From assembly GCA_038064515.1 (NCBI GenBank), contig JBBTSY010000006.1:1-32401 (forward strand): a stretch of 32,401 bases of DNA. Reading direction: 5' to 3'. Positions 1-8,950 of the stretch are shown here, piece after piece. The position numbers and the translations under genes were made by a program. A model generated the notes under the pieces. That model was not told where the DNA came from and searched no databases. It worked only from the letters and a program-made list of their open reading frames with translations. The stretch's first letter is position 1. Each line of letters starts with the position of its first letter. The stretch comes from Patescibacteria group bacterium. GTDB lineage: Bacteria > Patescibacteriota > Minisyncoccia > 2-02-FULL-40-12 > GWA2-44-9.

Positions 1-37
1 TTAGTCGGGATTCTGCTGGAAATAAGTCCGAACTTTT

Positions 38-46
38 TGGTATAAT
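38..46 (+). promoter_or_regulatory. Extended -10 promoter (TGgTATAAT) for pcrA; probably leaderless, with the start at ATG 54
   Basis: TG at 38-39 and TATAAT at 41-46. The ATG at 45 overlaps the -10 box; the next in-frame ATG (54) lies 7 nt downstream of it. Confidence 0.6.
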
Positions 47-2021
47 GTCCACCATGGAACGCATCCTCCAAGGACTTAATGACAAACAGATAGAAGCGGT
101 ACGGGCTACCCAAGGGCCCGTTTTGGTTATCTCCGGACCCGGCTCCGGCAAAACGCGCTGTCTTACGCATCGAATTGCATATCTTATGGCTAATGGCATC
201 CCCGGAGAGCAAATCCTTGCCGTAACCTTCACTAACAAGGCGGCGAATGAAATCAAAGAGCGCGTTCACAAACTTTTGCATTCTGCAAACAGCGTGGGGG
301 GGCCGATCATTGGTACTTTCCACTCCCTCGGCCTCCGTATCTTGCGGCGAGAAATCGGGCTCCTTGGCTATGGCCGAAATTTTGTCATCCTCGACACCAA
401 TGACCAGCTGGCAGTCGTGAAACGCATGCTCGCGGCGAAAGAATTAGATTCAAAAAAATTCACTCCCAACGCAATCCTCAACGCCATATCTAAACTTAAA
501 ACGGAATTAATCTTTCCTGAATCCTACAATCCTCCTGACCTGCCTGCGCAGGCAGGATTTTATCAGCAGATAGTCGCCCAAATCTATAATAGCTACCAGC
601 AAGAACTTCAAAAGATGAATGGCTTGGACTTTGATGACTTAATCGCCCTACCGGTAAAGATTTTTAGAAATCATCCCGATATTCTCCAAAAATACCAAAA
701 TGCCTGGAAATACATCATGGTCGACGAATACCAGGATACCAGCCATGATCAGTACACTCTCATCACGCTCTTAGCGCGGGCCCACAAAAACCTTTTCTGC
801 ATCGGCGATGATGCCCAATCGATCTATATGTTCCGCGAAGCGGATATTCGGAACATTCTGAATTTCCAAAAGGATTATCCTGATGGAAAAGTTATTCTCC
901 TTGAGCAAAACTATCGCTCAACGAAGAATATTTTAGCCGCGGCGCAAAATGTCATCAGCCATAATAAAGCGCAGTTCCCTAAATCGCTATGGACCGAGAA
1001 CATAGCGGGGGAGAAGATCCACGTCCAAGAAACGGTCAACGAGCGCGATGAAGCAAACTTTATCGTAGCGCAGATACAAGGCATGATGGATGCGGGGCGG
1101 CCGATGAAAGATTTCACGGTGCTGTATCGAACTCATGCTCAATCCCGCGCATTGGAAGAAGCGCTTATCTTCAATGGCTTTCCGTACCAGATCATTGGCG
1201 GCATTAAATTCTACGAGCGAAAAGAGGTCAAAGACATCCTATCGTACTTGCGATTCCTCAATAATCCTAAAGACAGCGTGAGCTTAGATCGCATCTATAA
1301 TGTACCCACGAGGGGCATCGGCAAAACCACTATCGACAAGGTCGTAGCCCGTGAGGCAGGGGATCGCATTGAAGCTATCCAAAAACTTGCCGCGGAGAAA
1401 AAATCGAAACCACTTTTGGAATTTGCACTTTTGATTTCTGAACTTCGAGAAAACCTGCAAGGGCAGAAAGTCAGCACCGTTATGAAAACAATCGTCAAAA
1501 AGATCGGCTACGAGAATTATCTCATTAATCTCAAGGGCGATGCCTATGAAAATGCCGAAGAGCGCATTGAAAATCTCAAAGAGCTTTTTACGGTTGCGCG
1601 CAAGTACGATGATATGGGAAGCGAAGGAATTTCAAAATTCCTTGAAGATGTCGCACTCCTGCAAGAGACCGACAAGCTGAAAGATGATGAACAGCGGGTG
1701 ACGCTCATGACGATGCACTCCTCTAAGGGATTAGAATTTCCGGTCGTATTCATCATCGGCATGGAAGAAGGATTATTTCCCCATAACCGGTCGTTATTTG
1801 AACCGGCAGAGCTCGAAGAGGAGCGTCGTTTGTGCTACGTCGCGCTCACCCGCGCCCAGCAGAGACTCTTTCTTACCTATGCCAAGTGGCGGAATATCTT
1901 TGGTTCGACGCAAGCAAATCTGCCGTCGCGGTTCCTCGGAGAAATGCCCCAAGAACTCCTGGAACACAAGCGGTATGATTTCGGCGCCGACGAGGATGAT
2001 AAGATAATCATCGAATACTGA
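45..2021 (+). CDS. pcrA: ATP-dependent DNA helicase PcrA/UvrD (true start probably 54)
   Basis: SF1 motifs: LNDKQ Q-motif, GPGSGKT Walker A, VTFTNKAA, DEYQD, GDDAQSIY, LEQNYRS, MTMHSSKGLEF, EERRLCYVALTRA. No C-terminal Tudor-like domain. Confidence 0.96.
   Translation: MSTMERILQGLNDKQIEAVRATQGPVLVISGPGSGKTRCLTHRIAYLMANGIPGEQILAVTFTNKAANEIKERVHKLLHSANSVGGPIIGTFHSLGLRILRREIGLLGYGRNFVILDTNDQLAVVKRMLAAKELDSKKFTPNAILNAISKLKTELIFPESYNPPDLPAQAGFYQQIVAQIYNSYQQELQKMNGLDFDDLIALPVKIFRNHPDILQKYQNAWKYIMVDEYQDTSHDQYTLITLLARAHKNLFCIGDDAQSIYMFREADIRNILNFQKDYPDGKVILLEQNYRSTKNILAAAQNVISHNKAQFPKSLWTENIAGEKIHVQETVNERDEANFIVAQIQGMMDAGRPMKDFTVLYRTHAQSRALEEALIFNGFPYQIIGGIKFYERKEVKDILSYLRFLNNPKDSVSLDRIYNVPTRGIGKTTIDKVVAREAGDRIEAIQKLAAEKKSKPLLEFALLISELRENLQGQKVSTVMKTIVKKIGYENYLINLKGDAYENAEERIENLKELFTVARKYDDMGSEGISKFLEDVALLQETDKLKDDEQRVTLMTMHSSKGLEFPVVFIIGMEEGLFPHNRSLFEPAELEEERRLCYVALTRAQQRLFLTYAKWRNIFGSTQANLPSRFLGEMPQELLEHKRYDFGADEDDKIIIEY
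539..556. repeat. Perfect 18-bp palindrome CCTGCCTGCGCAGGCAGG in frame within pcrA
   Basis: The sequence equals its own reverse complement; it encodes LPAQAG and its length is a multiple of 3. Confidence 0.85.
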
Positions 2022-2806
2022 TGAAGATCCCGGCAAAAAAATCTCTGGGCCAAAACTTCCTCTCCAATCCTCGAATTTTGGAAAAGATTTGCACGGCCGC
2101 GCAACTAACGAAAGGGGACACGGTGCTTGAAGTTGGACCAGGCACGGGAAATTTAACGCAGGTTTTATCCGAGAAAGTACAGAGCGTTATCGCTATCGAG
2201 AAAGACCACCGCCTTATCGAAGAATTGGGAAAGCGTTTCCCCGATACTCAACGCATTAAAGTCATCGAAGGAGATGCGCTTGAGGTCAATCCCGAATCGC
2301 TGGGCTTGAAAGCGCGGGAGTATAAAATCGTCGCGAATATTCCGTACTACATCACGTCGCATTTCATTCGAACTGTCTTTGAACAATGGCCGCGGCCTTC
2401 GGTCATCGTGCTTACCATCCAAAAAGAAGTGGCCCAACGCATCGTTGCAAAGTCACCGCATATGAACCTACTAGCCTTGTCGGTGCAATTTTACGCCGAC
2501 GCTAAGATTATCGACACGATCAAACGGGGCAGTTTCAACCCGGTACCAAAGGTGGATTCAGCTATTATCAAAATTGTCCCCAGAATCGCACCGTTACTGA
2601 TTAAGCCTGAACTTTTTTTCCGCACTATCAAGGCTGGATTTTCTAGCCCCCGAAAACAGCTCATAAACAACCTGGTGCCCCAGTTTGGGGATCGGGAGAC
2701 AGTAACCGAGAGGCTCAAGAAGGTGTATAGTGATGAACATGCTCGGCCAGAAAATCTTCCCCTCCAAACATGGTTCGATTTAAGCAGTATGTTCGACAAA
2801 TCATAA
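2021..2806 (+). CDS. rsmA: 16S rRNA m6,2A dimethyltransferase RsmA/KsgA
   Basis: KKSLGQNFL, VLEVGPGTGNLT SAM motif, VANIPYYIT, QKEVAQR, F-P-PKVDSA. Confidence 0.97.
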   Translation: MKIPAKKSLGQNFLSNPRILEKICTAAQLTKGDTVLEVGPGTGNLTQVLSEKVQSVIAIEKDHRLIEELGKRFPDTQRIKVIEGDALEVNPESLGLKAREYKIVANIPYYITSHFIRTVFEQWPRPSVIVLTIQKEVAQRIVAKSPHMNLLALSVQFYADAKIIDTIKRGSFNPVPKVDSAIIKIVPRIAPLLIKPELFFRTIKAGFSSPRKQLINNLVPQFGDRETVTERLKKVYSDEHARPENLPLQTWFDLSSMFDKS

Positions 2807-4206
2807 GTTCGGATTTTACCTATGGATTCGGCATAGGACTTGTCTATTTTGGCTATATTTTTTCCTGGATGTGGTCGCTCTATCCTTTAGAAATGGCGGG
2901 TATTGCCAATCCGTGGCTCGCTTTTACTTTAATCCTCATCGCTTTCCTCTTAAGCGTAATCGTCCTGGCATTGCCTTGGGGATTCTTTTCTTGGCTCTTA
3001 AACAATGGACTGCATTATAAACACTGGACGACTCCCTTTGCAATTGCCGGTATCTTTACATTATTGGAGTATTGCCGATCGTGGTTATTCGGCATCTTGT
3101 GGTTAGGAGATGGGAGCATCCTGGGCCCACTTTGGACTTTTGGCAATATCGCATACTGGTTTTCTGACATACCGTGGATTACTCGAACGGCGGCGGTGTG
3201 GGGCATGTACGGCATTACTTTCTTAGTTACGCTTTTCATAGCCCTCCTGTTCTCTACTTTTCGACAGCGATCTTTATCGACGAAACTTTCAATACAATGG
3301 ACGGTTTTTCTTCTCATAACTGTCCTTGGTTTTACGCCGGCTCGCGGCCAGTACCTTAATGCCATAGATGTGGCGGTGGTACAAACGAATAACCCAACCC
3401 GGCCGACATACACGCAGAATGAAATAATTGATGATTTCCAGAAAAAACTCACGCTGATCTCTTCAGCCGCCAAGCAGTTACCTGGAGGCGGTATAATACT
3501 CTTGCCGGAAGGCGCGGGACTTTCTACGGGCTTTTCTTCCTTATTGACCCCCAACCAGCTTCGTGAATACCTTATGAAACTCTCTCCTCAAGGAATCACT
3601 ATCATCAATAACGGCAAAGTTATGGTTGATAACAATATAATCTCACGCACTCAAGCAATCACTCCTGAAGAAAATAATCTTGAATACCATGACAAACGCA
3701 CACTAAGCCCGTGGGGTGAATTTCGCCCCTATATCGCCAAGTTTGTCTTGAGGCTCTTCGGCCTTAAAGCGTCAATCGAGAATGAGCTCATGCCTGGATA
3801 TGCCCAGGGACCTCTCGCTGTGCCTCAAGGGCTATTTTCCATCGCAATCTGCTCCGAGATTTTTGCCCCACAGCGGCAGGCGGCAGAAGCCATTCTGGGC
3901 ATGGGAAGTCTCGGTTTCTTTGATGGGAATACGCTTGTGGAGAGTCAGGTCCTCTCTGCGGCTCGGATGAGAGCTGCCGAAAATCAAAAATACCTGGTTT
4001 GGGCCTCAAATGCCGGACGTTCTTATTTTATAAATGACCGCGGAAATACGATAAAAATCACATCGCAACCGGGATACGAGATATTAACAGGAACAATCGT
4101 GTCCAATAACATTCGTACGTGGTATAATCTATTAGGAGATTGGCCAATTTTAATAGTCTCCCTGGCCGTCTCTTTCTTGGCGTTAAAAAGAAGGAATGAC
4201 AAATAA
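2770..4206 (+). CDS. lnt: Apolipoprotein N-acyltransferase (Lnt)-like protein: multi-TM plus nitrilase/CN-hydrolase domain
   Basis: N-terminal TM helices with LEYCRSW and GMYGITF; VAVVQTN; triad-like E (LLPEG), K (HDKRTLSPWGE) and C (AICSE); RMRAAEN; SNAGRS; TWY-LLGDW before the last TM. Confidence 0.8.
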   Translation: MVRFKQYVRQIISSDFTYGFGIGLVYFGYIFSWMWSLYPLEMAGIANPWLAFTLILIAFLLSVIVLALPWGFFSWLLNNGLHYKHWTTPFAIAGIFTLLEYCRSWLFGILWLGDGSILGPLWTFGNIAYWFSDIPWITRTAAVWGMYGITFLVTLFIALLFSTFRQRSLSTKLSIQWTVFLLITVLGFTPARGQYLNAIDVAVVQTNNPTRPTYTQNEIIDDFQKKLTLISSAAKQLPGGGIILLPEGAGLSTGFSSLLTPNQLREYLMKLSPQGITIINNGKVMVDNNIISRTQAITPEENNLEYHDKRTLSPWGEFRPYIAKFVLRLFGLKASIENELMPGYAQGPLAVPQGLFSIAICSEIFAPQRQAAEAILGMGSLGFFDGNTLVESQVLSAARMRAAENQKYLVWASNAGRSYFINDRGNTIKITSQPGYEILTGTIVSNNIRTWYNLLGDWPILIVSLAVSFLALKRRNDK

Positions 4207-5104
4207 AATTAGGTTTTTACTTTTCTGTTTGGCGCTCATCACCGCTTTTTCGGCGTATACGTTTTTTACATCGTTTCAAAAAACGTCTCAATTTAAAAAT
4301 GCAAGCCCCTTGCAAGCGATCTCTGACAAACAAGTGTCTACTGGCGACAGCGATGGCGATAGTTTGAGTGACAGCGATGAGTCTCTCTGGAACACGGATT
4401 TTAATAATCCCGACAGTGATGGCGACGGGTATCTTGATGGAGAAGAGGTAGCTTCGGGCCATGATCCGCTTGTTGCCGGACCCAAAGATTCGCTTACCGA
4501 GATCAATATCACCGAAAAAGTCACTACCTTAATAGTCTCGGGTATTTACGCTGAAGATCTTAAACCAAAAGAGGATAATCAAAAATTCGGCCAAGCATTG
4601 AGCAATGTGGCGAATGCCGCGATTGATGATTTTTATATTTCCCAACCACAGCTAGCAAAACCGGCCGTTCGTAGCGTCCCCGGCACAAAACAAAACCAGG
4701 AACTGTATATAACCATTGTCGGCGACAGTCTAAAAAACGAAATATTAGATTTCACGGAGGCCGCTCAAACAAATGGTGCGGATTCGAGTCGGGAATATTT
4801 CATCGAAAAATCCACCCGATTAAAAAGTATTCAACAACGGCTTCTAATCATAGATGTGCCTAAGGAGTGGCTTGATATCCATACTGAAATAATTGATATA
4901 TTATTTCGACTTTCCGCTGACTATTACAGCATCAGTGAATATAATAGCGACCCCATGCGAGCCCTTATCGCCATTAATGAAGTTAAGAGCGTTATCGATC
5001 CCCAGATCAAATCCTTACTTCAGAGAACCAATAAACGTATTAGCGAAAATAGCCTTGTGCCGGCAAGTAGTTTTTATGAAATACTTCGGCTCCTCTACCA
5101 ATGA
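4196..5104 (+). CDS. Membrane-anchored protein with thrombospondin-type-3-like (DxDxDG) Ca-binding repeats and a helical C-terminus
   Basis: N-terminal hydrophobic anchor; DSDGDSLSDSDE and NPDSDGDGYLDGEEVASGHDPL. Confidence 0.7.
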   Translation: MTNKIRFLLFCLALITAFSAYTFFTSFQKTSQFKNASPLQAISDKQVSTGDSDGDSLSDSDESLWNTDFNNPDSDGDGYLDGEEVASGHDPLVAGPKDSLTEINITEKVTTLIVSGIYAEDLKPKEDNQKFGQALSNVANAAIDDFYISQPQLAKPAVRSVPGTKQNQELYITIVGDSLKNEILDFTEAAQTNGADSSREYFIEKSTRLKSIQQRLLIIDVPKEWLDIHTEIIDILFRLSADYYSISEYNSDPMRALIAINEVKSVIDPQIKSLLQRTNKRISENSLVPASSFYEILRLLYQ

Positions 5105-6744
5105 AATCTATTTATAGAAAAATTGTTGCCGCTATTCTCTGTGTATCTTTTATTGGTGGCACTATCAACCTCTCTCCCGTGGCCAAAGCCACTGATGGGG
5201 GAGGGGCCTGGGCCCAAGCAAGCGCCTATATGACCAAAGAATATGGTCTCGACACCATATCTCGTGCCGCAGCCGCGGGCTTGTATCAGTTTGCCGTTAA
5301 CAAACTCTTAGAGAAGATTCAAGGGCGAGGGGGAGAGCAATCAGGCATCATCAAAGATTGGCGGAATTTTCAAACAAATGCCCAATACCGAGGTGAGGAT
5401 GTCTTCCGATCCATCCTAGCGAATACCCGGGTTTGTGATTATTTGCGAAAAGATATAGATACCGCCTTCCGAGTTTCTAGCAGGTTTAAAATACCTCTTC
5501 AGGGTCATAATATACGCGTCAACGACCTTGATCCTTACACATTACGGGCTCGTTGTAGCATGGCTACAAACTTTGACCCGCAGAAATTCCAACAAGATTT
5601 TGCCGGAAACGGCGGTTGGCAGGCTTACACCCAATTATTACAGCCTGAAAATAATTTTTATGGGTTACTTCTGCAATCGCTTGGGGAACTTGAACAGCAG
5701 CGCGCCCTGGAAGAAGGCGCGGATTTGCGGGATGCCCAAACGGGATACCGGTCATTTCGGCCACCTGAATGCGAGCAACCTCTAAATGCCACTTCGCGAT
5801 GTATTTTCCTTGGTAAAGTCGCGACTCCTGGTGATTTAGTAGCCAAAGCGGCAGGACTTATACTCGATAAAAACCTAGAGTGGCTGACTAACGCGGATGA
5901 AATCTCTGAAATCGTAGTGGCTATAGCCAATTATGCCTATGACTATTTTAGCAACCTGTCTGAAGCTGACGATTTTACCGCCGAGGACACTATAGGTAGC
6001 GAAAGCGCAGATCAACTTGAGTATTGCACCGCGAAGCGACCCAGTGAAAGAGTCCAAAAAAAATACAGTTCTAAGTTTCCTGGATACACAAAAAAGGGGA
6101 GTCTTGTCAAAAAAATTAATTTAGTGGGTCTAACTCTCACCCTTGCGGAAATTCTTGGCTTACGAAATGGGGGGAAAGATGGACCTTGTGAAGCGTTACG
6201 AAATAAGGATAATCCATACCCGTTCCAGACATGTAGTCAGAATTGCCTAAAAGACGTGGGCTATATCCCTGTTGACATTAATCTGCCTCCTCTTCAAGAT
6301 GAGTACATCCTCAATGATACGGAAAGTACATCAAGTCCCGCGCCTCGACCCAGTGGTTCTCCCGGCCCTTCGGGGCCTCCGCCCTCAACGTGCGCGCCAG
6401 ACGCCGGCGGCTGCGTAGTTAACGAAATAGGTAACACCTGCGTCAACGCAAGCTACCGCGAAGCGGTTGTGGCCGCTATCACCCAATACATCCAAAGTAA
6501 TCCCGACGTATTTGAAGATCCTGGCGCGGATGCTCCTACCATCAAAGACGGGCGGACGCAGGAATACATGGCGGGCGTTGTCGCTATCCTAAATCAGCAA
6601 GGATATTCAGCCCAAGTTGATTCAGAGGACGAAATTGTCGTGAAACGTTCAGGCGGGTCGTTCTCGGAATCATACGATATCCTCACGTCGGGTAGGCAAG
6701 TACGCCGTTTCCACGCGGCAACCTGCACCCCAGCGTCATTCTAA
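5101..6744 (+). CDS. Large secreted, Cys-containing modular protein in the T4SS-like locus
   Basis: Signal peptide (...SPVAKA), helical region with GGW..Y...QPENN.YG and TPG, many Cys, Pro/Ser linker, distinct C-terminal domain. ATGA overlap with the upstream gene. Confidence 0.7.
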   Translation: MKSIYRKIVAAILCVSFIGGTINLSPVAKATDGGGAWAQASAYMTKEYGLDTISRAAAAGLYQFAVNKLLEKIQGRGGEQSGIIKDWRNFQTNAQYRGEDVFRSILANTRVCDYLRKDIDTAFRVSSRFKIPLQGHNIRVNDLDPYTLRARCSMATNFDPQKFQQDFAGNGGWQAYTQLLQPENNFYGLLLQSLGELEQQRALEEGADLRDAQTGYRSFRPPECEQPLNATSRCIFLGKVATPGDLVAKAAGLILDKNLEWLTNADEISEIVVAIANYAYDYFSNLSEADDFTAEDTIGSESADQLEYCTAKRPSERVQKKYSSKFPGYTKKGSLVKKINLVGLTLTLAEILGLRNGGKDGPCEALRNKDNPYPFQTCSQNCLKDVGYIPVDINLPPLQDEYILNDTESTSSPAPRPSGSPGPSGPPPSTCAPDAGGCVVNEIGNTCVNASYREAVVAAITQYIQSNPDVFEDPGADAPTIKDGRTQEYMAGVVAILNQQGYSAQVDSEDEIVVKRSGGSFSESYDILTSGRQVRRFHAATCTPASF

Positions 6745-6754
6745 TGGCCGCCCC

Positions 6755-8947
6755 TTGGCAAGTCATCGCATGCTTACATATTTTTCTCAAAAGTTCGCGT
6801 TAAAAAAAATTCTCTTGGCCATTATTTTGGGCGTGTTTGTGGTAGTGGCAATCTTTCCGAGTTCCGCGCTGGCCGTCGATCCCCCCGCAAGCAAGGGTAC
6901 CAGCGTATACGCATTCCAAATGGGAACCGCCTTATATTGGGTGCTTACCGGCCTTCTTCAGGGGATCCATGCGCTGGCCCAGATATTCGAAACGTTTATT
7001 CACTACGGCATCAACGTAAATATCCCGGTCATCACCAACACTTGGAAAATTGTAAGAGATTTTGCCAACATGTTCTTCATCCTCATTATCATCATTATGG
7101 CGTTCGCCACCATCTTCGATGTAAGCGGGTATCAGGCTAATACCCAGCTTATTACAAAATTTTTAATAGTCGCCATTCTCATCAATTTCAGCCTCACGCT
7201 TAGCGGAATGTTCATCGGCGGGGTGGATAGGGTCAATGGCGTCTTTATTAACGGCCTCGGCAATATCGGCAGTCGCTTCGCTCAAGTCTTTAACGCGTCC
7301 GAGATCCTCGGTAGTGATAAAGTTAGTTTTAGTCGATCTATCATGGCAATGTTGGGGACGGCCGGATGTAATGCCACCGGCATAAGTTGGCTTGGTTTTG
7401 ATTGTCTTAGAGCTGGCGCAACACTAGCTGGAGTTCCTCAAAGCGCATTAAAATGGGCTACGTCCTTCCGGCTTCTCTTTTCGGTGATTCTTGTAGGCAT
7501 GATTGCCTTTGGAATGCTCATCTCCACGCTCTTTGCGCTTATACGAATTCCGTTTTTATGGTTCCTCCTTATATTTTCCCCTCTTGCCGGCCTGGCCAGT
7601 ATCCTGCCCGCCACGCGCCAAGGATGGAATATGTGGTTCAAGGAATTTATCGCTTGGAATACGTTCCTACCGCTATATCTTTTCTTCCTATATTTCGGAA
7701 TGTATTTTCTCTCGAGCCAAAATCAGGTTATGGCCAGCCTAAGCGCTTATCCAGTTACGGAAAAACTGCAAGGCATAGGTTTCTCAATCCAATTTGTATT
7801 CTTCTATCTCGTAGCCGGTTTCATTCTCCTCGGCGGATCCGCATTTGCCTTCGCCGCGTCCAGAAGCGCCGGCGGTTTGGCATCTACGATCGGAGTAAAG
7901 TGGAGCCAAGGTGCCGCGAATTGGACTCGCTCATTTGCCGGTCGGGCAACTCTCGTTACTCCGGCATATCAAGGCGCTAAGGAAGGGCTAAAGGCTAAAG
8001 GAGAACGTATTCGCAAAGAAGGCATGTTTGGCATTGGCGGAGGCTTAAAGGGCGAGGCGACACGCGCTGGCGTGGCGCAGATATTTGGAGTAAGGGGAGC
8101 CGTCGAGGAACAACGACGCGTTAAAATAAAGTATTTTGAGGATAAATTTAAGAAAGACAATCTTGATACTCCGAGACTTCGAGCTAACCTAGGATCCGCG
8201 CGAGGCGAGGAAAAGTTGGCTATCTATAGGCGCCTTAAGGATCTCAAGGACCTTGGGGGATATGAGATGTTAGAAGCTTATAAGCTCCACAAATCTACCG
8301 CGGGCGGAAACAGCGCCACAGATTTTGCTAAAGACATTGATTTCAAGAAAGACCTCGGAAAAAATGAGCGCCTGGATTGGTTTAAAGCCTCTGACGTTGA
8401 CAATGACGTCAAAAGAAAATTAGCGAACGTGATGGCCGATGAAGGAGAGTTTAAAGAACGGAGAGAAATCCTTACGGCTTTACGCCTATATCGAGTAGGT
8501 AACGAGCGACGTGATTTCTTATTATCAAGATTAGCCAAAAAGAAGCTTATTGAGGCTTACAGCATCGCCGAACGCCTACACATGAAGGATACTAAGGGAG
8601 ATCCCGTTGATACGAACCAATACTTAGAAAAGGAAATTGCCCGACGAAAAGGAGAAGATCTCCTGGGCCTCATTGATGGCGCTTTTTATAATCCTGCCAC
8701 TGACAGACTTAAAGATCCAACGACTCTAAATCCCGAACAAAAAATACTCATGAATAAGTTGATTGAAGTATTCATGAAGCCCGATACTGCCCAAAATCTT
8801 ACCAGAAATCCAAACGCCACCCCGGAACAGCGATTAATCGTTACATTTTTAGGTGACGCCGCGAAAGATAGGGCTAGAATAAGGGCAGGAAGAGCGGTGG
8901 GTACTCCAACTCCGAGCCGTACCCCTCATTCAGATCCTTTCCCATAA
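6755..8947 (+). CDS. VirB6/TrbL-like polytopic membrane protein with a long charged C-terminal extension (start TTG 6755 or ATG 6770)
   Basis: W-IVRDFANMFFI, AILINFS, LIRI..LW.L.IFSPLA....ILP.T...W..W pattern typical of VirB6-like cores; located upstream of PrgI and VirB4. Confidence 0.7.
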   Translation: MASHRMLTYFSQKFALKKILLAIILGVFVVVAIFPSSALAVDPPASKGTSVYAFQMGTALYWVLTGLLQGIHALAQIFETFIHYGINVNIPVITNTWKIVRDFANMFFILIIIIMAFATIFDVSGYQANTQLITKFLIVAILINFSLTLSGMFIGGVDRVNGVFINGLGNIGSRFAQVFNASEILGSDKVSFSRSIMAMLGTAGCNATGISWLGFDCLRAGATLAGVPQSALKWATSFRLLFSVILVGMIAFGMLISTLFALIRIPFLWFLLIFSPLAGLASILPATRQGWNMWFKEFIAWNTFLPLYLFFLYFGMYFLSSQNQVMASLSAYPVTEKLQGIGFSIQFVFFYLVAGFILLGGSAFAFAASRSAGGLASTIGVKWSQGAANWTRSFAGRATLVTPAYQGAKEGLKAKGERIRKEGMFGIGGGLKGEATRAGVAQIFGVRGAVEEQRRVKIKYFEDKFKKDNLDTPRLRANLGSARGEEKLAIYRRLKDLKDLGGYEMLEAYKLHKSTAGGNSATDFAKDIDFKKDLGKNERLDWFKASDVDNDVKRKLANVMADEGEFKERREILTALRLYRVGNERRDFLLSRLAKKKLIEAYSIAERLHMKDTKGDPVDTNQYLEKEIARRKGEDLLGLIDGAFYNPATDRLKDPTTLNPEQKILMNKLIEVFMKPDTAQNLTRNPNATPEQRLIVTFLGDAAKDRARIRAGRAVGTPTPSRTPHSDPFP

Positions 8948-8950
8948 ACT

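Noticed and set aside
2-12. 11-mer TAGTCGGGATT shared by the pcrA upstream region and 25257-25267 (upstream of ruvB), a possible repair-regulon operator
   Set aside because: Only two instances, the first truncated by the window edge, and no shared dyad; cannot be separated from chance.
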